A program made the position numbers and the translations under genes. DNA of 64,000 bases from an uncultured delta proteobacterium (GTDB lineage Bacteria > Desulfobacterota > Binatia > UBA9968): positions 640,001 through 704,000 of the forward strand of contig CAVSHR010000005.1 of assembly GCA_963727625.1 (NCBI GenBank), written 5' to 3'. The first letter of the stretch is position 1. Every line of letters starts with the position of its first letter. This document shows positions 40,106-49,922 of the stretch, piece after piece. Below the pieces are notes generated by a model that saw nothing but the letters and a program-made list of their open reading frames with translations, did no database searches and was not told where the DNA came from.

Positions 40106-40864
40106 ATGTTTCCCTATCGCGACGAGAATGAAACCCAACGCGCGGCGATCATCACCGGGGCGATCATCGTCCTGAATGTATTGGTCTGGATCTTCGTCCA
40201 AGGCGCCGGCTCCATGGTGCCGCTGGCGCGCTCGGTGTGCGAGCTCGGTCTCATTCCCGGCGAGTTGACTCTATCTTTACCGCCTGGAACGCGATTCCCG
40301 ATGGGCGACCGGCTGCTTTGTTTGACCGATTCCGGCCGTCAGGTGTCGCATATATTCACCTCCATGTTCCTGCACGGATCTTGGATGCACCTGTTGGGCA
40401 ACATGTGGTTTCTATGGCTCTTCGGCAACAACGTCGAAGATTCCATGGGAAGGCTGCGCTTTATCGTTTTCTATCTCGCCTGCGGGCTGGCGGCGGCCGC
40501 CGGTCAAATCGTGACCAGCCCTGACTCGGTAGTGCCCATGGTGGGCGCTTCCGGAGCCATTAGCGGCGTGATGGGCGCCTATTTGATTCTATTTCCGCGG
40601 GTGCGCGTTTACACACTCGTGTTTCTGGGCTTCTTTTTCACGTCGATCGCCATCCCCGCATGGGTGATGCTCGGTTACTGGTTTTTTATTCAACTTGCGA
40701 GCGGTGTCTTGACTGCCGGCAACGACGTCGGCGGAGTCGCTTTCTGGGCCCATGTCGGCGGTTTCCTCGCCGGCGTCGCGCTGATCAAACTGTTCATTCG
40801 CGATGACTATCTAGAGGCCCATAGAAGCGGCAATTGGCGGCCCCGCCGCGTCATGTTCAACTAA
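40106..40864 (+). CDS. Rhomboid family intramembrane serine protease
   Basis: HLLGNMWFL, GASGA, AHVGGF. Confidence 0.94.
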   Translation: MFPYRDENETQRAAIITGAIIVLNVLVWIFVQGAGSMVPLARSVCELGLIPGELTLSLPPGTRFPMGDRLLCLTDSGRQVSHIFTSMFLHGSWMHLLGNMWFLWLFGNNVEDSMGRLRFIVFYLACGLAAAAGQIVTSPDSVVPMVGASGAISGVMGAYLILFPRVRVYTLVFLGFFFTSIAIPAWVMLGYWFFIQLASGVLTAGNDVGGVAFWAHVGGFLAGVALIKLFIRDDYLEAHRSGNWRPRRVMFN

Positions 40865-41202
40865 CTCACCCGTCGTATAACCGCGAACGCTCCTCCAGCT
40901 GCGCCCGAACTTCGATTGTGTATCGGGGCGGACATGCTATATTGAGCGCGCTTATGCTCTATAGAATCATATTGCCGAGAATCCATCGCCGGCCAGGTAG
41001 AATGATTCTCGTCTTGACCGCCGCGGGGGCTTCCGACTCTGCGCCGCGGCGCTCGTGCCTGGAGAGAATTTCTTAGCCGCCGGGACAAACTTCAGTCCCC
41101 GGCAGCAGCCGCCACCTCTTCAAACCCGCGGATCTTCCGCTGCGCCCCCGTTCTTGACGCAGATCCCCGTGTCCATGAGAGTGCGATCGAGGAGAGTTAA
41201 AG

Positions 41203-41343
41203 ATGTTTGACGCGTTCGAATATGCCATGGGTATTTACGCCGTGAGCATCGGCGTAACCTTCGTGGTCTGGCTGGTCATCGTCCTCATCCGCTGGTTCTC
41301 GCGCGATAAACCGCTCGCCGTTGCCAAAAAATCAGCACTCTAG
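41203..41343 (+). CDS. Small single-TM protein, probable Na+-decarboxylase gamma subunit (below ORF-track cutoff)
   Basis: MFDAFEYAMGIYAVSIGVTFVVWLVIVLIRWFSRDKPLAVAKKSAL*; GAGGAG RBS; directly upstream of the beta subunit. Confidence 0.7.
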   Translation: MFDAFEYAMGIYAVSIGVTFVVWLVIVLIRWFSRDKPLAVAKKSAL

Positions 41344-41370
41344 TCCATTCGCCACAGGAGAAAATCGATC

Positions 41371-42570
41371 GTGTTGACCCAAGCCGCGCATATCTTTGAA
41401 GGGCTTTCCACTTTTGGCCAGATGGATTTTCAGACCATGGCGATTCGCATCGTTCTGATGCTCACCGGCTTTTTGCTGATCTACCTCAGTGCGAAAAACA
41501 TTCTCGATCCCATGGTGCTTATGCCCATGGGACTCGCGATGGTTTTGGTCAACGGCGCGACGCTCACCATCGAAGGTAAACTCGCCAATCTGTTCGTTGA
41601 CCCGATGCTGATGGAACCGGAAAAAGTCGTTCAGAACATGCAAATTCTCTTCCTTCAGCCGATTTACAGCCTGATGTTTTCCAATGGCCTGATCGCCTGC
41701 CTGGTATTCATGGGCATCGGCGCGATCACGCCGCTCGACTACTTGATCGCCGAGCCCTTAACCAGTCTCTTGATCGCCATCGGCGCCGAGCTGGGATCGA
41801 TTCTGACCTTTCCCCTCGCCGTGGGGCTTGGCTTCACCTACAAAGAAGCCGCCTCCATCGCCATCGTCGGCGGCGCCGACGGACCGATGGTATTGTTTAC
41901 TTCGCTCGAGCTCGCCAAAAATCTTTTCGTGCCGATCTCCGTGGTTGCTTATGTTTACCTGAGTATCACCTACGCCCTCTATCCATATCTCATCAAGCTG
42001 ATGGTGCCGAAAAAGCTCCAGGGCGTGGTCATGGATCTGCACGCGCTCCCGAAGGTATCGTCGCGCCAGAAGTTGATCTTTTCGGTACTGGCTGCCGCGG
42101 TGCTGTCGATTTTATTCCCAGTTGCAGCGCCCCTGTTTGCTTCCTTTTTTATCGGTGTCATGGTCCGCGAAGCCGACCTGCCGCGTTACCAGCGTTTTTT
42201 GGATGAAGTGCTGCTGACGGGGTCGACATTTTTTCTCGGATTCGTGCTCGGCGCACTGTTCAGCTTTTACGTCATCACCGATTCGAGCGTGCTGTTGATC
42301 ATGCTTCTCGGTTTGATCGCGATAATTTTGTCCGGCGTGGGCGGTATCGTGGCCGGGTTAATTGCCTACAAAGTTTCCGGTGGCAAGATCAATCCGCTGA
42401 TCGGCATCGCCGGAGTCTCGTGCGTGCCGACTACTGCCAAGGTCGCGCAGAAATGCGCCATGGCGGCAAACAAGCACGCGATCATCCTGCCCTTTGCCAT
42501 GGGACCCAACGTCGCGGGGGTCATCACCACAGCCATCATCGCCGGTATCTACGTTGGCTTGTTACGCTAG
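41371..42570 (+). CDS. oadB: Sodium ion-translocating decarboxylase beta subunit
   Basis: EAASIAIVGGADGP, NPLIGIAGVSCVP, AMGPNVAGVI. Confidence 0.93.
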   Translation: MLTQAAHIFEGLSTFGQMDFQTMAIRIVLMLTGFLLIYLSAKNILDPMVLMPMGLAMVLVNGATLTIEGKLANLFVDPMLMEPEKVVQNMQILFLQPIYSLMFSNGLIACLVFMGIGAITPLDYLIAEPLTSLLIAIGAELGSILTFPLAVGLGFTYKEAASIAIVGGADGPMVLFTSLELAKNLFVPISVVAYVYLSITYALYPYLIKLMVPKKLQGVVMDLHALPKVSSRQKLIFSVLAAAVLSILFPVAAPLFASFFIGVMVREADLPRYQRFLDEVLLTGSTFFLGFVLGALFSFYVITDSSVLLIMLLGLIAIILSGVGGIVAGLIAYKVSGGKINPLIGIAGVSCVPTTAKVAQKCAMAANKHAIILPFAMGPNVAGVITTAIIAGIYVGLLR

Positions 42571-42802
42571 GTTTTTTAAACCGCCCCCTATCACCTTTAT
42601 TACGCACTCGGACAGGCCTTTCGTCTTAGCGTAAAAAATTCAGAGTCCGTCTGGCTTCGTGTTTCCGCTGCTGTTAAACTTCGATTGAGCCGCAGGTTTG
42701 TTTCTCGTTGGATGAAGTCTAGGTAATTGAGAAGTCTCGCGCCAACCGGAACCTGACCCCGTCGCGGCGCAATTAGTAACGTGCCCAGCCGCTGGAGGAA
42801 AT

Positions 42803-43093
42803 ATGTCGATCGTCAGACTCATTTACGTCACCGTAAAGCCGGACCAGGTGCAAAAAGCCATCGAGCTTTGGAAAAACCACTGCGCCCCTCTCATGATCAA
42901 GCAGCCCGGCTGCCTATCGGAGAAACTTTTAGAATGCGTCGACGCACCCGGGGAATTTATTTCCTATTCCGAATGGGACAGCCAGGCAAATATCGATCGT
43001 TATCGCAAAAGCCCGGCGCACGCAGAAATTCAACAACACGGACGCGGCTTGCAGGGCGGACAGGCAACCGTGAAGCGGTATGAAATAAAATAG
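42803..43093 (+). CDS. Antibiotic biosynthesis monooxygenase (ABM) domain protein
   Basis: QPGCLS, FISYSEWDS, SPAH; GGAGG RBS. Confidence 0.85.
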   Translation: MSIVRLIYVTVKPDQVQKAIELWKNHCAPLMIKQPGCLSEKLLECVDAPGEFISYSEWDSQANIDRYRKSPAHAEIQQHGRGLQGGQATVKRYEIK

Positions 43094-43331
43094 ACCGCGA
43101 CGCACGGCAGAAATGTTAAACCGCGTCGCGGTTCGGGAGCCGATCCCGTCCCGCATCGACACACGCCATAAACTTCGGCGAGAGCCGGCGCAATCGTGCG
43201 TCGGTCATGCGCCCGCTGCGCGTCATCTAATGGTATGCCACCTCCCAGGGCTGAAGCTCCATCTTTCCAGGCAAAGATACGCAACGCCCGATGGCTAGCG
43301 GATTACACCTCAAAGAAACGGCATTGTTCTC

Positions 43332-44318
43332 TCATACATGATCGACGTCCCCGCCGTCTTCAGGGTCGGTGTCCAGGAACAATTCTTCAATCGGCAAGGC
43401 TTTGCGGGTTAATCCCTGCCGGTGGCAGTAACCGATAATCGTTTGAAGATTTTTCCGATTGGCTTCGCCGAGGCCGTAGGCCCATGGATCGGGGCCCAGA
43501 AGCTTACGCTCTTCCTCGTATTCGGTTCTGACCCACGCCAGCGGTGTGATACGCGGATTGGCCAGCCGTTTGTAAGCGATGTTCTTCGCCTTCTCGAACG
43601 CCTTGACCAGGCTGACCGGCGCCCAGGGATATTTCTCGACGATCTCCTGCTTGATCACGGTGACATGCATGATCGGAAAGATACCTGTCTGCTGGAAATA
43701 CTCGCGCTCGACGGCTTTGTAATCTGGGAACAAGCGCGCCACCCGCTTATCGCCATCGACCAGCGGCTGTGGAATATACGGATTGATCATCGCCGGGATT
43801 TCGCCTTCGGCGAGCATGGCATCCATCGACTCGCCAGCGGCGATCATTTCAATTTTAAGCCCAGGCGGAGGGTCGAAGGGCACATCTTCGCTACGGTCGA
43901 CGACCCAGGTAATCGACTCATGCGGTACGCCGTAGTGCTGCTCGAAGATGCCGCGCAGCCAGATGTTGCCCGCCGGTTGGAAATTCGTGCCGCCGACCCG
44001 TTTGCCGATCAGGTCCTTGGGTGTTTTGACTCCCGAGTTAACATTGACGAAGGCAAAGCCGTGGCGAAATCGCCGGTGGAGAAATACCGGAATCGCCGCC
44101 AACGGTTCGCCGTGGTCGCGCGACATCAAATAGGCGCCGACGTTGAATTCGCAGACGTCGAACTCCTGATTGCGCGCCATGCGCCAGTGGCGCTCGCGCG
44201 GGCCATGACCGGTGAGAATTACGAGCTCGAGGCCATCGGCCTCGACCGCGCCTTCCTTCAGCGCGCGAATAATCTCATAGTCGCCGACCGCGACCGAAAG
44301 TCTAATCTTGGTTGCCAT
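43332..44318 (-). CDS. 4,5-dihydroxyphthalate decarboxylase-like protein
   Basis: FDVCEF, IPVFLHRRFRHG, TGIFPIMH, DPWAYGLGEANR. Confidence 0.85.
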   Translation of the reverse strand: MATKIRLSVAVGDYEIIRALKEGAVEADGLELVILTGHGPRERHWRMARNQEFDVCEFNVGAYLMSRDHGEPLAAIPVFLHRRFRHGFAFVNVNSGVKTPKDLIGKRVGGTNFQPAGNIWLRGIFEQHYGVPHESITWVVDRSEDVPFDPPPGLKIEMIAAGESMDAMLAEGEIPAMINPYIPQPLVDGDKRVARLFPDYKAVEREYFQQTGIFPIMHVTVIKQEIVEKYPWAPVSLVKAFEKAKNIAYKRLANPRITPLAWVRTEYEEERKLLGPDPWAYGLGEANRKNLQTIIGYCHRQGLTRKALPIEELFLDTDPEDGGDVDHV

Positions 44319-44439
44319 CGGGCGCTCTCCTTCCATCGGCCGCAAAGAGCAAAACGCATAGCGCAAAGCGACCTGACTCCACTCCCCACCCTATGTCCCC
44401 CGCTCCTTGCCCTTTGCGAACCTTCTACTTCCCATACAG

Positions 44440-44998
44440 CTTCTGAATAGATCAGATTCACCATCGCCCGCGTGGTGTCGAAGACGTATTCGACGACAAA
44501 GGGCGGCGCGTGCAGGTGTGTCTGCTCCGGCGCTTCGCAATGGGTTGGATGAATGAAAACCACCGCGGCGCGCCGGTTGAGCTCGTCGAAAACCGGATCG
44601 AACAGCGGATCGCCGAGATATCGGTCCATCACGCTGGAGAAGAGTCCGACGCCGTCGAGCCGCAATACATCGAGCGCATAGGAAATCTCCTCCAACGCGC
44701 CGTCGACATCGGGCAGCGGCAGCAAAGCGAAGGCGCCGAAACGCGGCGCATGGTCGCGCGTCCTTTGCGCTTGAAACTCGTTGCAATTGCGCGCCACGGC
44801 GCCCAACCGCTTGAGGTTTTTCAAGACGACGCGCGGCGTGAGCGAGGTGATCGCGGTTTGGATATGCCAGCGGTCCATCGACTGCAGTTGCATTTCGGTG
44901 TCCGGCGGCTTGATCGGCATCGATTCATCGGCATAGCGCGGCGGCACCACGTGGTGGTGCACGTCGATGCGCCAATTGCCGGGTTTTATCTGACTCAT
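44440..44998 (-). pseudogene. Amidohydrolase (6-methylsalicylate/ACMS decarboxylase-like), C-terminally truncated
   Basis: RIDVHHH, YLGDP, VFIHP, FDTTRA, then homology stops (no SHxGG or FGSDxP); ORF runs on into heptamer-repeat sequence. Confidence 0.75.
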
Positions 44999-45336
44999 TG
45001 CCTCGGTTGCTCTAACGTCCGTCGGTAACACTCAATCGAGTCGGCTCTACCGGTGCAGCCAAACCTAGTTGATCGACAGCGGACCTGTCAACATAAACCG
45101 ACATGCCCTCCAATCATTGATGCGTGTCAAGCTAACCTAACGGTGTAAAGCGCCGGCACAAAGAGGGCACCGAATGCGACAGGGCCGGCGCCAAATGCAG
45201 GCCGATGAGCCGGTTCGCGGCGGGGGCGAGGTCGGTGGATAATACCGGCAAGACGAACAATAAAGTTGGCGCTGTCCATCGCCGGATCACAATGCCGGAA
45301 TCGGTACCCAGACTTTACTCCTCCCCTACTGTGAAA

Positions 45337-46986
45337 TCAGCTTTTGCCTTCGGCCTTCAGCTGCCGGGTGATTCTCTCGGTCAAGTCTTTTTTCGACACC
45401 TTGCCGAACGGCGACAACGGAAACTCGTCGACGATTTCCATGCGCTCCGGCAGTTTATGTTTCGCGATCTCTTCGTTCATCAGGAACGCGATCAGATCCG
45501 GCAAATTTAGCGACCGGCCGCCGCGCAAGATAACATAGGCGCACATACGCTCGCCGAGGATCGGATCGGGCATCGGCACGCAGGCGACATTGTGCACCGC
45601 CGGGTGGGTCAGAATTAAGTTTTCGATCTCCTCGGCGCTGATTTTTTCTCCGCCGCGGTTGATCAAGTCTTTTTTACGCCCCTCCACCATGTAATTTCCC
45701 GAAGGGTGGCACCGCATCAAGTCGCCGGAGCGATAGAAACCGTCCGAGGTAAAGGCGCGCGCGTTGTATTCCGGCACTCCGTAGTAGCCGCGCAGGGTGT
45801 ACGGGCCGCGCGCGAGAAACTCCCCCACTTCGCCCGGTGCGACCTCGTTATCGTCGTCATCCACCAGTCGCACTTCATCGTCCTGACTGAGCGGCCGGCC
45901 GACAGTTTCCATCCGCACGTCTTCGGGGTCGTCGAAGCGGACGAACATGAGCATGCCCTCGGCCATGCCGAAGTTCTCCTGTACGGTGACGCTCGGAATT
46001 AATTCTTTGGTGCGGCGCCGCACCTCGGGCTGAAGCCGTTGGCCGCCGCTCTGGATCACCCGCAGTGAGGACAGATCGAATTTTCCGATGGACGGATCGT
46101 TGATCAGGCGAATCAGCAGCGCCGGCACCACCGCGATATGGGTAACTCGGTGCCGACCGATCAGCGCGAAGATATCCTCGCTGCGCGTCGAATTCGACAG
46201 CACCATCTTGGCGCCATGAAGGAGATAACCCTGCAAACCCGGACACGCGAGCGGCAGGTTGTGCGCTATCGGTAGGACGTCGAGAAAAACCTCTTCCGGA
46301 CCCACGCCGGTCACCGCTGAGGCGATTTTCGAATTGTAAAGATAGTCATTATGTGTGCGCGGGATCAGCTTGGGAATGCCGGTGGTGCCGCCGGACAATT
46401 GAAAAACCGCCGGATCTTCGGGATCGATAACGATTTGATTCAAGTCGCTCGTCGGACGCCGACTCGGTCGCTCGATCAACTCGCTGAGCGAAAAAACATT
46501 TTCCGGGGTTTCGCCCAGGATGATCCCGAAACGCACCGATTTGTTTCTTTGGCGAATTCTTCGGACGAGATCGCGATAGTCGACATCTTTTGCTTTGTCC
46601 GGTGTAGCACACGCCACCGCCCCGGACAGCTCGGCAAACTGGCTCATTTCCCGGTACCGATGGCTGGGCAGCGCCATAATCGGAATGCAGCCGATTTTTT
46701 GCAGCGCGAAATACAGATAGACGAATTCGACGGCGCTGGGCAACTGGACAACCACGCGGTCGAGCGGTTTGAATCCTTCGTCGAGTAGATTCAGCGCCAG
46801 TCGGGTGGCGCGTTCGTTGAGTTCAGCGTAAGAGACCAGCCGTTGACCGTCGATCACGGCGATCCGACCGGCGTAACGAATGAACGCTTCATCGAAGACA
46901 TCGCGCAGCGAACGATCTTCCCAGTAGCCCTTGGCTCGGTAGCGCGCCGCGAACTCAGGAGGAAAGCGCACCACGCCGTCTAGCAT
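45337..46986 (-). CDS. Aryl acid adenylating enzyme (2,3-dihydroxybenzoate/salicylate-AMP ligase, DhbE/EntE family)
   Basis: LSGGTTGIPKLIPRTHNDY, HNLPLACPG, FGMAEG, GPYTLRGYY, INRGGEKI. Confidence 0.92.
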   Translation of the reverse strand: MLDGVVRFPPEFAARYRAKGYWEDRSLRDVFDEAFIRYAGRIAVIDGQRLVSYAELNERATRLALNLLDEGFKPLDRVVVQLPSAVEFVYLYFALQKIGCIPIMALPSHRYREMSQFAELSGAVACATPDKAKDVDYRDLVRRIRQRNKSVRFGIILGETPENVFSLSELIERPSRRPTSDLNQIVIDPEDPAVFQLSGGTTGIPKLIPRTHNDYLYNSKIASAVTGVGPEEVFLDVLPIAHNLPLACPGLQGYLLHGAKMVLSNSTRSEDIFALIGRHRVTHIAVVPALLIRLINDPSIGKFDLSSLRVIQSGGQRLQPEVRRRTKELIPSVTVQENFGMAEGMLMFVRFDDPEDVRMETVGRPLSQDDEVRLVDDDDNEVAPGEVGEFLARGPYTLRGYYGVPEYNARAFTSDGFYRSGDLMRCHPSGNYMVEGRKKDLINRGGEKISAEEIENLILTHPAVHNVACVPMPDPILGERMCAYVILRGGRSLNLPDLIAFLMNEEIAKHKLPERMEIVDEFPLSPFGKVSKKDLTERITRQLKAEGKS

Positions 46987-47009
46987 CTAGGGCCTCGCTT
47001 CGCGCGGCT

Positions 47010-47138
47010 TGTTCAACCCGTCCAAACCGTTTAACCGCTTCGCTCCGTTCAAGTCCCCACCTCTTTCCTCCCCCGCGGACGCGGGGGAGGATGAAGGAGG
47101 GGGTTTGAACAGCTTGAACGTTTTGAACCTTTTGAACG
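47010..47138. repeat. Palindromic intergenic element: 9-mer TTCAAC/TTGAAC tandem arrays flanking a CCTCCCCCGC...GCGGGGGAGG hairpin
   Basis: Left arm TTCAACCCG TCCAAACCG TTTAACCGC; right arm TTGAACAGC TTGAACGTT TTGAACCTT TTGAACG. Confidence 0.8.
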
Positions 47139-47149
47139 TGCTCATGCCA

Positions 47150-47915
47150 TTATGTCGTGCTCGAAAATCCGCCGTCAACGATGATGATCTCGCCGGTGAC
47201 GAAGCGGTTGTGCAAGATCAGGCTCAGCATGCTGTCGGCGACGTCGTCTTCCGTACAACAGCGCTTGAGCGGCGTATATTTCGCTCGCCGGGCCATCAGA
47301 CCGTCGTAATTCTCCGCCAGCGTCCGTTTCATCCACCCGCCTTCGATCCATCCCGGCGCCACCGCGTTAACGCGGATCTGCGGGCCGAGCGCGTTGGCCA
47401 GCGTTTTGGTTAGATTGGCGACCGCCGCTTTGCTCGCGGCGTAGGGCAGAGGCTGCGCGCTCGGCCGCAAGCCGGCGATGCTGCAAGTGTTGACGATGCA
47501 GCCGTTGGGCGACTTTTTCAGCAACGGCGCCGCGGCGCGAGTCACGAGAAACAGACCGAGGACGTTGACCGAAAAGACCCGATTCCAGGCCTCGACGGTC
47601 ATTTCCCCGAAGTTTTTGGGCTCGATAGCGACGGTGGTGCCAGCATTGTTGATCAGCACGTCGAGCCGGCCGAACTCTTTTTCCGTCGCCGCGAGCATCG
47701 CGCGCACACCGGCCTCGTCACTCACGTCACAACGGTAAAGCAGCGTTTTGGCGCCCACTGCCTCGGCTTCGCGCGCGGTGAATCTCGCCGCCTGCTTCGC
47801 TGCGACTGTAGTTGACGACTACATCGTAGCCGTTTTTCGCCAGCGCGGTGGCCGCGCTGCGGCCGATGCCTGTGGCGGCGCCGGTGACGAGAGCTGCCGG
47901 TCTTTCAGGATTCAT
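47150..47915 (-). CDS. Short-chain dehydrogenase/reductase (frameshift near 47785)
   Basis: TGAATGIG, NNAG, YAASK, VNAVAPG, VDGG split over two ORFs. Confidence 0.88.
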
Positions 47916-47945
47916 TGTTGCACCTTTAGATCGCAATGTTGGCGC

Positions 47946-48938
47946 TTACGGCAGGTTGAGGAGCCGCGCCGCGTTGCCGCGCTCGATCTTGGTTCGGTCG
48001 CTCGCCGAGAGGCCGACCTTGTCGAGTTGGGGAATGGTGTAACCGAGGCCGATCTCCGGCGGCGAGATCGGATAATCGCCGCCGAGCACGATGCGATCGG
48101 CGCTCATGCAGTCGAGCGCGCAGCGGATCGCCGAAGCGTCCGCGGTGTGCGTGTCGACATAGAAAGCTTGGCAGTATTCCAGTACGCGCCTCTTCAAGTA
48201 ATCCGGCATGGGTTTGTTTTCCTGCTCGTAGACGCGCCGCTCGAAGAAAAATTGCTGGTCAAAACGGCCCATGGTGAACGGCAGGAATCCGCCCAGCTGG
48301 CAAAAGACGAACTTGACGCCCCACCAGCGGTCGAAAACATTCGCCGTGATCATTTTAATTAGGCAGAGCATGTCGTCGAGCAAGAAGCCCACGCCGCTGT
48401 TGAGATAACGATTTTTGAGACCGAGGGCTTGCTGCCATACTTGCGGCACCTGACCCGGATGCACCCACAACGGCATGTTCCAGCGCTTGGCGCGCTCGAA
48501 AATCGGCTCGTACACGGGATCGTCGAGCGCGCGGCCGTCGAGGTTGGTCGAGAGCGAGATGCCGAACAGGCCGAGTTTCTCCACCGCGCGGTCTAGCTCC
48601 CGCAACCCGGCCTCGCCGCCGAACGGGTCCACCGCCGCCGCCGGCACGAAACGGCCGGGAGCGATGCGCGCCGCCTCGACGATGTAGTCGTTGACCATTT
48701 TCACGACTTGGTCGAGAGGCAGCTTGCGCGCCCGCGCCGCCGGCACCAGCAGATTGCCGTAGTTGATCACTTCTTTTTCAACGCCGAAGCGATCCATCAA
48801 AGCTAGATGTTTCTCTAGCGAGGCAAAGCCTTCGTCCGCGTAGAGCGTTCGGCCGAGATAGCTGCCGGCGGCGAATTCCCGCAGCGCTTCCAGGATCGTC
48901 GGCGGCACACAATGGGCGTGGCAATCGATCAAGTTCAT
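47946..48938 (-). CDS. Amidohydrolase family protein (ACMSD-like)
   Basis: IDCHAH, LWVHP, LGGDYP. Confidence 0.9.
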   Translation of the reverse strand: MNLIDCHAHCVPPTILEALREFAAGSYLGRTLYADEGFASLEKHLALMDRFGVEKEVINYGNLLVPAARARKLPLDQVVKMVNDYIVEAARIAPGRFVPAAAVDPFGGEAGLRELDRAVEKLGLFGISLSTNLDGRALDDPVYEPIFERAKRWNMPLWVHPGQVPQVWQQALGLKNRYLNSGVGFLLDDMLCLIKMITANVFDRWWGVKFVFCQLGGFLPFTMGRFDQQFFFERRVYEQENKPMPDYLKRRVLEYCQAFYVDTHTADASAIRCALDCMSADRIVLGGDYPISPPEIGLGYTIPQLDKVGLSASDRTKIERGNAARLLNLP

Positions 48939-49036
48939 TATCGCTCCTCAATAACTCAGATTGCGCAGCGAGAAAAGCTAACACCGCGCCGTCGGATCTG
49001 TCAATCAATCCCGCGGTAATCGCTTCAATCGAACAG

Positions 49037-49146
49037 TAGCCTGACCCTTTTCTTGCTTTTGGTCCGACGTAGCAGGAATTTCTCGCAATTGGCCAATGTG
49101 AGACAAAAACCATGACCAAAATCTTGGCTAGCAGTGAGAAAACAGC
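49037..49146 (+). repeat. Direct repeat copy 1 flanking the MNT-HepT module
   Basis: TGGTCCGACGTAGCAGGAATTTCTCGCAATTGGCCAATGTGAGAC...GCAGTGAGAAAACAGC nearly identical to 49940-50026. Confidence 0.92.
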
Positions 49147-49183
49147 AAGATTAAAGACCTCACCCTCAGATTTCTTTTTGTGG

Positions 49184-49513
49184 TCAGAGAATTTTTTCAA
49201 GGTCGGCTTGCAATATCGGCAGGTCTTTGGTGACCGTGCTCCAAACAACATCCGAATCAACGTCGAAATACGCGTGGATCAAACGATTACGCATTCCACT
49301 GATATCTTGCCAGGGAATGGCGCCGTATTGGGTTCGGATTTCGGCCGATACCTTGCCGGCCGCTTCACCGATTATCTCCAGCTCTTTGACCAGGGATAAA
49401 ACCAGCTTGCGATCCGTGTCCAGGTCCGAACGCTGCTTGCCTTGAACGAACTCCAATGCCTCATTAGTCGCGTCCAACATATGTTGGAGCCGTATGCGGT
49501 CATGCCTCTGCAT
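49184..49513 (-). CDS. HepT/DUF86 HEPN ribonuclease toxin
   Basis: [20 protein letters not shown] (RX4HXY). Confidence 0.93.
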   Translation of the reverse strand: MQRHDRIRLQHMLDATNEALEFVQGKQRSDLDTDRKLVLSLVKELEIIGEAAGKVSAEIRTQYGAIPWQDISGMRNRLIHAYFDVDSDVVWSTVTKDLPILQADLEKIL

Positions 49514-49811
49514 ACTGGACGGTTGCCGTGGACAAGACTTCCTCTCGGAAATAGCGGCTTAGCTCCTTGGGAGTGCGCAAGTCGACCTTGCGACCTCCCA
49601 GAATGACTGACAGCTCCCGTTCCATACGCGCCAAATCGAGCAAACTCGGCGCAGCGCCAGCCCGGAACTCGACCAGGAGATCGATATCGCTATCTGGCCG
49701 AAAGTCATCTCTCAATGCCGAGCCGAACAACGAAAGCTTTCGAATCCCGTTGCGCTTGCAGAACTCGGCGACCTTATCGGCCGGAAAATCGATGTTCTTC
49801 GTCTTGCTCAT
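49500..49811 (-). CDS. Minimal nucleotidyltransferase (MNT/MntA) antitoxin
   Basis: [28 protein letters not shown]. Confidence 0.93.
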   Translation of the reverse strand: MSKTKNIDFPADKVAEFCKRNGIRKLSLFGSALRDDFRPDSDIDLLVEFRAGAAPSLLDLARMERELSVILGGRKVDLRTPKELSRYFREEVLSTATVQYAEA

Positions 49812-49922
49812 TTTCGAACCTTCAAACTGTCGCTGACTATTGCGGCTTGCTCCTGATGATCCTTATACCATCATTTTGCCCGCCTGCCGAGGGTGACAAA
49901 AGCGACGGCTTTAATCGAAAAG

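Noticed and set aside
47010-47138. CRISPR array
   Set aside because: The units are 9-mers without unique spacers, and no cas genes are present.
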